Assembly (NCBI GenBank): GCA_965208325.1
Contig: OZ242326.1
Coordinates: 192,001-256,000, forward strand
DNA from: Candidatus Poribacteria bacterium
Lineage (GTDB): Bacteria > Poribacteria > WGA-4E > PCPOR2b
DNA length: 64,000 bases
Direction of reading: 5' to 3'
The position numbers were made by a program, and so were the translations under genes. Shown piece by piece: positions 31,523 through 41,719 of the stretch. Within the stretch, counting starts at the first letter, position 1; the number at the start of each line of letters is the position of its first letter. The notes beneath the pieces are model-generated. The model was not told where the DNA came from. It saw only the letters and a program-made list of their open reading frames with translations, and searched no databases.

Positions 31523-31963
31523 TCATCCTTCCCGATTCGAACGCTCCTGCGAATGTGAAGGCGTATGCTGATGGGCGGAAGACACACCTTCCGGGCGTGG
31601 GTCGGGCGCTTCGGCTGGATTTACAATGTAGTCGAAACTCAGCCACAAACTGCGAGAATACCGGAAGAAGAAGATGGGAAAAAGTACACAGAAGACAATC
31701 CAAAGAATAACGTTTACATAATATGCGATAGGTGTCAAATACTCCAACGCAAAAAAACCGGCAAATGCCATGATAATCGTCGCGCCGTAGTTGATATACA
31801 TCGCACCCACAAAATATCCCATCTCGCGCTCAAATTTGAAATAGCAGCAACTACACTCCGAGCACATTTTGAACATACCCGAAAACAAATCGCCTTCACC
31901 ACAAGATGGACATTTAAGGCGCAGCCCCGCGCTCAAAATTCCGCGCACGCTGTGTTTCCGCAT
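31523..31963 (-). CDS. DUF983-like membrane protein
   Basis: CPSCGEGDLF...CSCC, EREMGYFVGAMY, two TM helices, FRYSRSLW. Confidence 0.85.
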   Translation of the reverse strand: MRKHSVRGILSAGLRLKCPSCGEGDLFSGMFKMCSECSCCYFKFEREMGYFVGAMYINYGATIIMAFAGFFALEYLTPIAYYVNVILWIVFCVLFPIFFFRYSRSLWLSFDYIVNPAEAPDPRPEGVSSAHQHTPSHSQERSNREG

Positions 31964-32275
31964 GTATTGTTCCGCCTCCTTGAACTCGCGCCTTCAATAC
32001 GTTATAATTTGCGTTGCGGCTGAATCCTTATTCTAGCACAGCTCGTCAGGGATGTCAATTCAGTCTTGATACCGGGCGGCAATGATTTTTCCTGACTGGT
32101 CTCGATGAATTCCACCCGGACTCTACCCCGAAAAAAACTTAAGCGCCCAGGCACCTCCCGGAAAATCTGTTCGGTATTTACGCGGTTAATGCGGTTCCAT
32201 GATGTACGCATTCCAAAACGAGCGCAAACCTAGTTTACGGCATATTCCAAACATATTTTAGAACGCATTGACTGT

Positions 32276-33433
32276 ATGAATTACCTTCAACCGATTGCAT
32301 TGCGGATTAACACGTACGTCAATAACGTCATCACTGGAAGGCAAAAGGGTCCTATGCCCGTCCTTATCCAATTCGTGCTAATGCCGATGAGTTGGCTTTA
32401 CAGTGTTGTCGTCAGGGTTCGGAACAGACTCTACAGTTCAGGGATGCTCAAAATAAAGCGGTTGCCCTGTCCCGTTATCAGCGTGGGGAACATCGTTGCC
32501 GGCGGCACCGGTAAAACGCCAACCGTAATCTGGATTGCTAAGCATCTACAAGCCAAGGGATACCCTGTAGCGGTGTTGCTGCGGGGATATGGGCGGCAAT
32601 ACCGAACGGCAACGACAGTTGTCTCGGATGGGGTCCAAATGCTCGGTGGCGTTGAGGAATGCGGCGATGAGGCGATGATGATTGCCCGAGCCGTGCCCGG
32701 ATGCATCGTCATCGTCAGCAAAAATCGATACGGTGCAGGGTGCGCTGCCATCCGGATGATGGGCGTCTCGACGGGGGTACTAATCTTGGACGACGGCTTT
32801 CAACATCGCCGCCTGTATCGCGGCCTCGACATCGTCACGGTGGACAGCACACAACCGGTTGGTACCGGTAATTTGCTGCCGGCGGGCACATTGAGAGAGA
32901 CGAACGCTGCGTTGAAACGCGCTGACGTCGTTTTGCTCACGCGAACCGATCAGCAGTTAGCTCCAACTTGTCAATCTACTAGACCCGCTGATCAGAAGAG
33001 CGCCGCGTTGGAAGGCATCGTTGATCCGGACAATATTTACGAAAGCTGCCATTGTCCTACGGCGCTCTACGAATTGAAATCGAGGCAACCCGCCCCGCTG
33101 GATCGGCTGAACGGGAAGCGAATACTCGCCGTGTGCGGCATCGGTGCGCCCGACGCCTTCGCCGAAACCCTTCGCCAACATGGCGCCGCGCAGGTTACTC
33201 TCATCGCATTCCCCGACCACCATCGGTACCGCTCGGACGACTATAGGCATATTAGCGCCCAATTCGGCGAGATCGGCGCTGATATGATAGTGACGACTGA
33301 AAAGGACGCCCAACGAATGGCCGGTTTCGAAGGGTTGGGGTGCTTTGTGTTAGCAGTTACACTGGAGATTACCAAGAACCAAATCGGGTTCAGCCGCCGG
33401 CTGATGCACGCTATTCGCCCGACGCATTCTTAA
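32276..33433 (+). CDS. lpxK: Tetraacyldisaccharide 4'-kinase
   Basis: ISVGNIVAGGTGKTP, RGYG, GDEA, LDDGFQHR, FPDHH, TTEKD. Confidence 0.95.
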   Translation: MNYLQPIALRINTYVNNVITGRQKGPMPVLIQFVLMPMSWLYSVVVRVRNRLYSSGMLKIKRLPCPVISVGNIVAGGTGKTPTVIWIAKHLQAKGYPVAVLLRGYGRQYRTATTVVSDGVQMLGGVEECGDEAMMIARAVPGCIVIVSKNRYGAGCAAIRMMGVSTGVLILDDGFQHRRLYRGLDIVTVDSTQPVGTGNLLPAGTLRETNAALKRADVVLLTRTDQQLAPTCQSTRPADQKSAALEGIVDPDNIYESCHCPTALYELKSRQPAPLDRLNGKRILAVCGIGAPDAFAETLRQHGAAQVTLIAFPDHHRYRSDDYRHISAQFGEIGADMIVTTEKDAQRMAGFEGLGCFVLAVTLEITKNQIGFSRRLMHAIRPTHS

Positions 33434-33536
33434 CACACCTCGCACGTCTCATGTTTAAATTCGACATTTGACACAAATTGTGGTAAACTACGGCACAGGC
33501 GTCAACGGCGAAACGCCCAAAAAGGAGAGGTACGGC

Positions 33537-33854
33537 ATGTACGTTATCATCGCACCAATTCAGATTAAGGATGGACACAGAGATGCCTTCATAGAAGCCA
33601 TGCTGGACGATGCTAAAGGCTCAATGAAAAATGAGCCCGGCTGTCTGAGATTTGATGTGATTCAAGACAGCGGCGACCCGAATCGCATATGGCTCTACGA
33701 GGTTTACGTAGATGAGGCAGCGTTTGAAGCCCATCGTCAAGCCCCCCACTTCATTAAGTGGCGTAATACCGTCGAGGACTGGCGCGATGAAGGCCCCAAG
33801 GGCGCCGGTTTGGGTAGTTACAACATTTGGCCCTCGGACAGCGACTGGAAATAG
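33537..33854 (+). CDS. Antibiotic biosynthesis monooxygenase/LsrG-like protein
   Basis: EPGCLRFDV, LYEVY, FEAHRQAPHF; GGAGAGG before ATG 33537. Confidence 0.88.
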   Translation: MYVIIAPIQIKDGHRDAFIEAMLDDAKGSMKNEPGCLRFDVIQDSGDPNRIWLYEVYVDEAAFEAHRQAPHFIKWRNTVEDWRDEGPKGAGLGSYNIWPSDSDWK

Positions 33855-33954
33855 AACTTGTTAGTAACATCACAATCCAACGCAGCACCACACGGTTGGA
33901 GCGATCTCCGAATCGCGACACACTCCCCAAACGTACTTTCCCTTACCAACAGGA

Positions 33955-33986
33955 ATCAACCGACCGAAAAGGGAGGGCGATAGTTT
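33955..33986 (+). repeat. 27-nt hairpin plus AGTTT; other copies at 62234-62265 and 62338-62369
   Basis: ATCAASYGACCGAWWAGGGARSGCGATAGTTT in three intergenic copies. Confidence 0.8.
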
Positions 33987-34019
33987 GCCTATAGTCTTCA
34001 CTTCTCCGCTCCCGAACGT

Positions 34020-34670
34020 TTAAGCGTCGGTTGACGCAGCCACCCAACGAATTGCTTGACTGACCAGCTTTCGGTAGTTTGGATTTCCGTACGCCATCGC
34101 GTCGTGCCCGTGTTGGATGTATACAATCGGGGAGTTTCCATAACGATGCGTCCAGCCTAGTACCGGCGCGCTGTCCCGATGCTCTGTGCGAAGCAGGACA
34201 TGTACCTTTGCGTCGACGGCATAACCCTTGTAAGTTTCGTCCTGTATCTCAAAATCCGTGATTCCCTCCGTCACAGGGTGATTGGGGTCGGCAATTTTTA
34301 CACTGTATCGGACATCGTGCCTGACCGTATTTTCGCCTGTTGTCCAGACACCGCCGACAATTCGATTGAATTCATCCCATTCCCGGAACGAGATTAGCGC
34401 GTGGTGCAGTGAGACTATGCCAACGCCGTGATTTAACAGATCCACGTATGCCGCACGCTGCGCGGGTGTGATTTCCTGCCACATGTCGTAAAACACAAGC
34501 GCATCATAATCCTTTGCGCCTTCTATACTCAGATGTTGGAACGCATTTGGGAAGGTCTCGGCTTCATAGCTGAGATTTTCAAGGCTGTCGAACATTTCCC
34601 AGAACGGTTCCGGTTGGAAATCGTGTCCGCCGGTAATCACTAACACGTGGCTGTTTTGCTTTGCGGTCAT
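34020..34670 (-). CDS. ThuA-like domain protein
   Basis: ITGGHDF, GVGIVSLHH, HPVTEGITDFEIQDETY, YIQHGHD. Confidence 0.88.
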   Translation of the reverse strand: MTAKQNSHVLVITGGHDFQPEPFWEMFDSLENLSYEAETFPNAFQHLSIEGAKDYDALVFYDMWQEITPAQRAAYVDLLNHGVGIVSLHHALISFREWDEFNRIVGGVWTTGENTVRHDVRYSVKIADPNHPVTEGITDFEIQDETYKGYAVDAKVHVLLRTEHRDSAPVLGWTHRYGNSPIVYIQHGHDAMAYGNPNYRKLVSQAIRWVAASTDA

Positions 34671-34724
34671 TGTTTAGCTCCTGAGTTGATAACAATTGGA
34701 AAAACCGTATAAAGTTCGATCCAC

Positions 34725-35396
34725 TTAAATCTTTTTTCGTTTGCGAATTAAAGCCGGAATGAGCGATATGAGAACAATGAAGACGCCTGCGCCCGCTAGA
34801 TACAGCAACGTCAACGTGATATTTCCTTCGCCGACGTTTACAGCAGCACCGAGTTGGACGAAAGCAACTGTACCGGGCAGCATGCAGATCCACGAAACCA
34901 GAATGTACGTGGAAAACCGGATTTGCGTGAGTCCGTAGGCGTAATTCTGTAAATTGAAGGGAAAGATTGGAACAAGCCGCGTTATCATCAACATACGCCA
35001 GCCCTGTTCCTTAACCCCGTTGTCAATCTTTTGAAAATGAGCGTTGCTCGCAACCCAAGATGCAACCATCTCACGGGCGGTATATCGGGCAATCAGAAAT
35101 GCGCACGACACCCCAATTGCCGATCCGATTGAGGCGTAGACCGTGCCCCAGAGCGGCCCAAACGCGAGCCCGGACAGTGCGGTTACGGGCAAGCCCGGCA
35201 AAAAGAACACAACTGCAGCCACATAAAAGCCGATAAAAGTCAGCGGTCCGATTGCGCCAAAGCTGTCAATCTTTTCCTTAATTTTCGGGATATTTTCTAA
35301 ATTTAGATATTCAGCCGCGCCCGAAAATCTCAAACCCCCGTACACAACACCAATTGCAGCCAAGGCGATAGTCAGTTTGATTAAGTTTTTGTTCAT
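34725..35396 (-). CDS. TVP38/TMEM64 (DedA superfamily) membrane protein
   Basis: FFLPG, GLAFGPLWG, TRLVPIFPFNLQNYAYGLT. Confidence 0.92.
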   Translation of the reverse strand: MNKNLIKLTIALAAIGVVYGGLRFSGAAEYLNLENIPKIKEKIDSFGAIGPLTFIGFYVAAVVFFLPGLPVTALSGLAFGPLWGTVYASIGSAIGVSCAFLIARYTAREMVASWVASNAHFQKIDNGVKEQGWRMLMITRLVPIFPFNLQNYAYGLTQIRFSTYILVSWICMLPGTVAFVQLGAAVNVGEGNITLTLLYLAGAGVFIVLISLIPALIRKRKKI

Positions 35397-35440
35397 CCTG
35401 CTATTCTATTTGAGAACGCCATTCCCAGAATCCAGCCATT

Positions 35441-36238
35441 TCAACGGTTTTCCAAGAACCCTCTGATTTTCGGGACATTGTCCGTCCACATACCGCCAAT
35501 CTCGTTCCGCAGCAACCACGCAACATCACGGCGGGAGTGAACGAATCCGCCTTCAACCATAATGTTCCTCGCTTTGAGTTTCCTGACGTTGCGTTTCAGG
35601 CAACGGCTGAAAAAGTCGCAGAGCGAGAAGTGATTCACCTTGTTCCAACCGATTATGATTCTGTTGGCGCTAATGGATTCCGCCGCCTTTAGGAGATTTG
35701 CCGCGGGATTAATAATGATTGCGCTTGTATGAAGTGTTGGTTCAAGCTGTTTGGCTTGGACGAGGAGGTGTTTCCGAGAATAGAATGTCAAAAGGCCAAC
35801 CAGGTGGACAAGATTAAATCGCCGAATCCGTTCTACAACGATACCGATAAGTTCTTCTGAATCCTCCTTCGGTTCAATGAAACACGGCATTTGGGTTTCC
35901 GCGGCGAACGAGAGTGTCTGGTCGAGATGTGCGACAGGTTCATCGGAATCGAGCACCCGGTGCGTTTGCACGTCGTGCCAAGTAAGTTCATTGAGCGGTG
36001 ATGAACATCCTGTGACTTCCTGAATACTTCCGCGGTTAAAACCGGTATGGATGATAATCGGCTCTTTGTCTTTGGTCAAACGGACATCGCACTCGAAAGC
36101 GTCAGCCCCGTCTTCAAACGCCTGCCTGAAGGCGGCTATTGTGTTCTCAGGCCCCCGTTCCAACCCGCCGCGGTGCGCCAGTATTTGGGGCGTTACAACG
36201 GAATTTCCACTGTTGAGTTCGTGATGGGTGTGGCGCAC
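35441..36238 (-). CDS. Glycerophosphodiester phosphodiesterase family protein
   Basis: AHRGG, PENTIAAF, FECDVRLTKD, TDNV. Confidence 0.85.
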   Translation of the reverse strand: MRHTHHELNSGNSVVTPQILAHRGGLERGPENTIAAFRQAFEDGADAFECDVRLTKDKEPIIIHTGFNRGSIQEVTGCSSPLNELTWHDVQTHRVLDSDEPVAHLDQTLSFAAETQMPCFIEPKEDSEELIGIVVERIRRFNLVHLVGLLTFYSRKHLLVQAKQLEPTLHTSAIIINPAANLLKAAESISANRIIIGWNKVNHFSLCDFFSRCLKRNVRKLKARNIMVEGGFVHSRRDVAWLLRNEIGGMWTDNVPKIRGFLENR

Positions 36239-36280
36239 AGTTATTTTCTTTCGGCGTAAGTTGACGGTTCCCGATTGGTG

Positions 36281-37072
36281 TCACATCGCAATAATCCGCC
36301 GCATCCGTTCCGCAACATCAACCTGATGCGCCCAATCTCCGCCGACTTCGTGGATAACATATCCATCGTAACCGACTGCTCTTAAATTGCGCATCACGGA
36401 CGGCCAATTCGTGTCCCCGTCAAGCAGGTTCACAAATTGATGTTGGTCGCGTTTAAAGTCCTTGAAATGCACGCGCACGATTCGTGCCCCAAGCTCGCGA
36501 ATCCAATGTTCAGGGTACCCGTAAGCCATCATGTTGGCGGTGTCGAGGTAGGAGCGGACCCATTCGCTGTCAATTTCATCAATGAAGTCACACATCTCTC
36601 TGGAGCTAAGCAAAAATTTATTCCATACATTCTCCAAACCGATGACCGCCCCATGTGACTCGGCAATAGGCGCCAAATCACTCAAAATGGACGATAAGTT
36701 TTCCCAAACCCCCAGATATGTGCCTTCGTCGGTCAGTTGTCCCGGGTGCAACAGAATTACGTCGACACCGAGCGCCTCGGCAATTTCAAGGCTCCGGACG
36801 ACCGATTTGATGCCTTTCGCCCGTTGTCCGGAGTTGAGGCTGAGCAGGTTTCCACGATCTTGATAATTGGCGGCGACGCTGCTAATTTCGATTCCCGCTG
36901 CGGCACAACTTTCGCGAACCGCTTTTAGTTCAGATTCGCTCATATTGATGTCCGTATCCCTGTCCTCTTCAAAGCACAGTTCAGCTGCGTCATATCCCGC
37001 CTCTTGGCATAGTGCGAGCGTGTTGGCAAGAGGCATATTTCCAAGGATGATTTGGGTAACACCTATTTTCAT
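36281..37072 (-). CDS. Sugar phosphate isomerase/epimerase (xylose isomerase-like TIM barrel)
   Basis: GLENVWNKFLLS, YLDTAN, VHFKDF, IHE. Confidence 0.88.
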   Translation of the reverse strand: MKIGVTQIILGNMPLANTLALCQEAGYDAAELCFEEDRDTDINMSESELKAVRESCAAAGIEISSVAANYQDRGNLLSLNSGQRAKGIKSVVRSLEIAEALGVDVILLHPGQLTDEGTYLGVWENLSSILSDLAPIAESHGAVIGLENVWNKFLLSSREMCDFIDEIDSEWVRSYLDTANMMAYGYPEHWIRELGARIVRVHFKDFKRDQHQFVNLLDGDTNWPSVMRNLRAVGYDGYVIHEVGGDWAHQVDVAERMRRIIAM

Positions 37073-37312
37073 CTTTTCTCCTAATTAAACGACATTGCGG
37101 CGCTTTATTGCACGTCGCTATGACTGTCGCTGCCGGAATTATATCACAGCCGGTGTCAATGCACAATAAAATCACAGACACGGAACGCTCAACCTTCCGT
37201 ATCTCAAACAACGCCGCGAATAGGGCTTGTCATTTGAAAATACATATGATATCGTTGTGACGAAGAGGATTACGGTTGCGGTAAGCGTCGTTTAAATTTC
37301 CTATGTGATCGG

Positions 37313-37813
37313 GTGGGTTCGGTGGCTAAACAACCGGAAGAGGTAACAGCGCTCAAAAGTGTTCTCGCCAATCGGACCCGAGAGGGCATCCTTTACGAAA
37401 AACTCCCCGGCAAAAAAGATTGGGTTCACTGTTTCGCTTGCGGGCACAACTGCCGAATTCCGCCGGGCAGAGATGGTATCTGCCGCGTTCGGTTTAATAG
37501 AGGCGGCGCGCTATACGTGCCGTGGGGTTACGTGGGCGGGCTGCAAATCGACCCCGTCGAGAAGAAGCCGTTCTTCCACGCTCATCCGTGCGGCGGATAT
37601 TGGATATGATGCTCGGCTACACTAGTGCACGCAGGCAATTTGCCCGGGCGCGTTGGGCGGTATGAGAATACCTATTGTCCGGGCTGTAATGCGTTGCTTA
37701 TTCAGCGGTGGAGATTTAAGGTGCTGATGAATCGGGTGGAAGACGGTGCGTGCCCCAATTGTGAGACCAAGATTCGCGGTGTGTGGAACAAGGCAATGCT
37801 GAATTCCTCATGA
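37313..37813 (+). pseudogene. amrS: AmmeMemoRadiSam radical SAM enzyme remnant with the internal core deleted and a frameshift
   Basis: N-terminus (CFACGHNC...GICRVR...IDPVEKKPFFH) joined to C-terminus (LIRAADIG...GNLPG...ENTYCPGC...CPNC...GVW); no CxxxCxxC core. Confidence 0.85.
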
Positions 37814-37838
37814 GACAAATTCAGTCAGCTCGCGGGCA

Positions 37839-39074
37839 TCAAACATTGCGTAGTCCCTGCTGAATGACCTCCGCTGTCTCTTTAGCCACAATAATCTCCT
37901 CGTTCGCCGGTATAACGAGAATCTTTGCCCGGCTTTCAGGCGTGGAGACCTCACCTTCGCCGGTGTGCGCCTCGTTCTTTTGCGGATCCAAATGAATGCC
38001 TTGCCATTCTAGCCCATCGCAGATTGCCCTGCGGGCACTTGCGCTTTTTTCGCCAATTCCGCCGGTGAACGCAATGATGTCAACCCCGCCGAGTGCGGCA
38101 ATATATGCGCCGATGTACTTTTTGACGCCGTAATAATAGGTCTCCAGCGCCAAGCGGGCGTCATCGTTGCCCGCTTTTGCCGCTGCTTCAATGTCGCGAA
38201 CGTCGCCGCTGACTCCGGAGATTCCAAGCAACCCGGATTCATCGATCAATTGGCGGCGAATCTCCGTTGTGTTCCACCCCTCCTCGTCCATGACATAAAG
38301 CATCGCGAACGGATCAAAATCACCGCTCCTTGTCGCCTGGATGAGTCCGTATTGAGTTGAAACCCCCATTGTTGTGTCAATAGACCTGCCGTCGCGGATG
38401 GCGCATATTGAAGAACTCCCGCCGAGGTGGCAAGAGATGATTCGGGGGGAAGCGGTTTTTCGAGTCGGGTCGTCTCCGTTGAGCGATGCACCAAGAAGCT
38501 GCGGCGCGCGCTCTGCGATGTAGCGGTGCGAGGCACCGTGAAACCCATAGCGGCGGATGTGGTGTTTCTCCACCCATGTACGTGGCACGCCGAATTCGTA
38601 AGCGTAGTCAGGGATGGTCTGGTGAAACCATGTCTCTAAAACGGCGACTAAAGGTGTATTTCGCGCCAATTCTTGAAACGCGCGGATGGACGCGATGTAT
38701 GCGGAATTGTGCAGCGGAACTAGCGGAACGTATGCCTCTAGCGCTTCCATTACCTGTTCCGTAATGAGGGCGGAACGCCGGATACCCTTGGCAAAAACAG
38801 TTTTGAAGCCTACACCCCCCAAGGCACCAAGATTGCCAATCGCACCCGCTTTGGGATGGGCAATCATCTTGATGCTGTGTGCGATGGCAGCGTCATGGTT
38901 CGGTGCCTCAATTGTGCCGCGCAAAACCAGTTTGTTAGGCGCGGTGTGCGTGAACGGCGACGGGGAATTGCCTATCCTTTCTACAACTCCCTTGATAAGC
39001 GTCTCTGACGTTTTAACATCAATAATCTGGTATTTGAACGATGTGCTGCCAACGTTGGCGCAGAGTATCAGCAT
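37839..39074 (-). CDS. ackA: Acetate/propionate kinase
   Basis: NVGSTSFKY, PLHN, RRYGFHGASH, CHLGGSSS, SGLLGISG, FTGGIGE, PANEE. Confidence 0.92.
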   Translation of the reverse strand: MLILCANVGSTSFKYQIIDVKTSETLIKGVVERIGNSPSPFTHTAPNKLVLRGTIEAPNHDAAIAHSIKMIAHPKAGAIGNLGALGGVGFKTVFAKGIRRSALITEQVMEALEAYVPLVPLHNSAYIASIRAFQELARNTPLVAVLETWFHQTIPDYAYEFGVPRTWVEKHHIRRYGFHGASHRYIAERAPQLLGASLNGDDPTRKTASPRIISCHLGGSSSICAIRDGRSIDTTMGVSTQYGLIQATRSGDFDPFAMLYVMDEEGWNTTEIRRQLIDESGLLGISGVSGDVRDIEAAAKAGNDDARLALETYYYGVKKYIGAYIAALGGVDIIAFTGGIGEKSASARRAICDGLEWQGIHLDPQKNEAHTGEGEVSTPESRAKILVIPANEEIIVAKETAEVIQQGLRNV

Positions 39075-39493
39075 AATGCGTCTCGCAAATCTGGATGTTG
39101 CCGCTTCGGCAACAGTTAAATCGTAATTGATTTTTTCGGAGTTGTTTCAATCGGGGAGGCGTCTGTGCGCGTCCGGTAGGGCCCTAAGTTGCGGCATGCG
39201 TGATTTATTTCAGCAGTTAATCGGCCCTGATTGATTCCACGAATCAAAATAATAACGCAGTATACATAGTTTATCAAGCCGAAAATGCTGGCCAATCGTC
39301 TACGCAAAATCGACAGCTTTTTCCATAAAGTCGCGGCAATAGGTATTGCGAATTGTAGATGTGCTAGACCATGTTTACCAATAAAGAAAAAGCAACTTTT
39401 GTAAACCATTCAACATATCGTGTGAACCTGTTTGAAAATTCCTTTTATACAGTCCTAGCGGAGCAAAACGTATATATCACGCCGCCACCCTCC

Positions 39494-39556
39494 GTAGGCG
39501 TGGCATCTTTTCCTGCGTGCGTCACGACGTCCTGTAGGCGGGGCATCTTGCCCCGC
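39494..39556 (+). repeat. Tandem GTAG-type REP-like hairpins; related copy at 9279
   Basis: GTAGGCGTGGCATCTTTTCCTGC and GTAGGCGGGGCATCTTGCCCCGC; compare GTAGGCGGACATCTTGCCCCGC at 9279. Confidence 0.65.
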
Positions 39557-39851
39557 ACCATGCGGGAATATGGTATTTGGTGGGCTCAAACGACCGAATA
39601 GAATCAACTGTGCAAATAGCGAAAGCCATAGTGAATCCCGTGCGATAGAAGTTCCAACGAAAATTAGAAACTCAAAAGCCCAAGAATGGTTTCGTCACCC
39701 ATTATCCAAACAGGCTTTAAACCTTATCAGTAGAATTCAATCATTTTGTGGATTGGTTGAGATTCGATTCGGTTTGTGATAAAATACAGGGCGCAAATAC
39801 GATTAAAGTCGCTTGGCGCCAAAATGCGGTACCAAGTTGGAAAATGCAGGC

Positions 39852-40802
39852 ATGACGGAGCAGCCAGAAAACGACACAATTACCGCTGTCGAAGGAATTA
39901 AAGTTGGTCACGTAACAGACCCAATCGCACGTACGGGTTGCACAGTTATTTTGTGCGAGTCCGGCGCTGTCGCGGGAGTAGATGTTCGCGGTTCTGCGCC
40001 GGGTACTAGGGAAACCGATGCAATCCGCCCGGGGAATTTGATTGAAAACGCTCACGCGGTGTTGCTCACCGGCGGCAGTGCGTTCGGCCTTGATGCGGCG
40101 GGAGGTGTGATGCAGTATCTTGCAGAACGCCGCATAGGATTTCCCGCCGGTCCGGTGCGCGTACCGATAGTTCCGGCCGCAGTGATTTTTGATTTAGGAG
40201 TTGGTGATCCCGCTGCGTATCCGAATCGTGAGATGGGCTATCGCGCTTGTATGAACGCCGCCAGCGATTCGGTAAAGATGGGGCAATTGGGCGCAGGTAC
40301 TGGCGCAACAGTTGGTAAGATTCCAGGGTTTAAGCCATCAAATGGTGGCATTGGTTCTGCGTGCCGGGTACTCAAATCAGGGTTAATTGTCGCCGCAATT
40401 GTCGTTGTCAACGCCTGGGGTAATATCGTCGACCCAACTTCCGGACGGATTGTGGCAGGAGCAAAAAATAAGGATACCGGCGAATTTGTGGATTTGGTCG
40501 AACAATTATGTACTCAGGATAATGAGGTATGCCTTGCGAACCATGCACTAGGAACTAACACAACGGTCGGCGTCGTTGCGACGAACGCCGCACTTAGTGC
40601 CGCAGAAGCGGCAAAGGTCGCACAGATGGCTCACGATGGCTTGGCGAGGGTGATTCGCCCGGTTCACACCATGTTCGACGGTGATACAGTCTTTGTGCTA
40701 TCTCTGGCTACGAAGGAGGCGGCCGTAAACACCGTCGGAATCGTTGCTGTGGAAGTAGTGGTAGAGGCAATTTTGCGGGCAGTAATTCCTGAAAGTGACT
40801 AA
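39852..40802 (+). CDS. P1-family (DmpA/S58) peptidase
   Basis: GVDVRGSAPGTRETD, LTGGSAFGL, GAGTGA, NTTVGVVAT, HTMFDGD. Confidence 0.92.
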   Translation: MTEQPENDTITAVEGIKVGHVTDPIARTGCTVILCESGAVAGVDVRGSAPGTRETDAIRPGNLIENAHAVLLTGGSAFGLDAAGGVMQYLAERRIGFPAGPVRVPIVPAAVIFDLGVGDPAAYPNREMGYRACMNAASDSVKMGQLGAGTGATVGKIPGFKPSNGGIGSACRVLKSGLIVAAIVVVNAWGNIVDPTSGRIVAGAKNKDTGEFVDLVEQLCTQDNEVCLANHALGTNTTVGVVATNAALSAAEAAKVAQMAHDGLARVIRPVHTMFDGDTVFVLSLATKEAAVNTVGIVAVEVVVEAILRAVIPESD

Positions 40803-40957
40803 ACTACGAAATGCTGCTGTAACCTATGATCAGCGTTTCGCGAGAGCGTGTAGAGAGGGATGTTATCCAATGAAATGCAAGCTCACATGGATTCGACCTG
40901 CATCACGATGGAAATCGAAGCATCAAGCATTTGTTGTGTTTTTTTGATTTTATTAAT

Positions 40958-41455
40958 CTATGCTTCCTCAATGCTGATTGGTGAGTAGACTGAAACATCG
41001 GTTTTTAAGTTCCGTTTAGTCCGCAGAAAAGGAAGTTTGGATTTTAGTTGCCGAATTGCACCAGCGATGCCTTGGTAATCTTTTAGAATTTCGATGTGTT
41101 CAGCCTGGTTTTCAACCTGTTTGCTTAATTGCATTATAATCGCATCCGCACGCTTGCTTGATTCCTCGGATGCAGCTTGCATCTGCTCAATCAGAGCATC
41201 AGATTTTTTGATTCCGTCTTCACCTTGAGCGCGAAGTTGATCAAGTTCCGCGTAAAGATACTTGTTCTCTTGGGTCAACTGCTCAATGCGGGCGTCCCTT
41301 ACACAGATTAGGCTCTTTAAAGTAGTGATTTCTTTCTGGCGTGTGAATTCACCGGACGGTTCATTACTTGGAGTTTGCCGTGCAGTGTTTTCGCCTCTCA
41401 TGAACGCCCTCGGAGGTTGAATTGACGTTTCTACGGACGAAATAAATGTCTCCAT
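40958..41455 (-). CDS. Hypothetical coiled-coil protein
   Basis: AAGGAG RBS; long heptad-rich stretch. Confidence 0.7.
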   Translation of the reverse strand: METFISSVETSIQPPRAFMRGENTARQTPSNEPSGEFTRQKEITTLKSLICVRDARIEQLTQENKYLYAELDQLRAQGEDGIKKSDALIEQMQAASEESSKRADAIIMQLSKQVENQAEHIEILKDYQGIAGAIRQLKSKLPFLRTKRNLKTDVSVYSPISIEEA

Positions 41456-41719
41456 TTTATCTGTTCTCCTTTTTCACTCGATCACGGTAGCGTTAAATCA
41501 AACCGATAGCAGTCCAGTACGCTGCGAGATTAAGCGCAGGCTGATATTTCGGTAGGCGATTTCGCTACAACCAAAACGTTATTGCAAATGATAGCGTTTC
41601 ACCTTTTTCAATAAAACATGTTTTTGCTGTTGTCGCAATCAAGTCTACATAACGTACCCCGATAAGGGATTGAGATGGTTTAACTAACCGAAGTTGGAAC
41701 CCTATAGGAGTACAAATCT

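Noticed and set aside
33955..33986. Integron attC site or group II intron end
   Set aside because: Lacks RYYYAAC/GTTRRRY boxes and domain V/VI features; no integrase or reverse transcriptase in the window.
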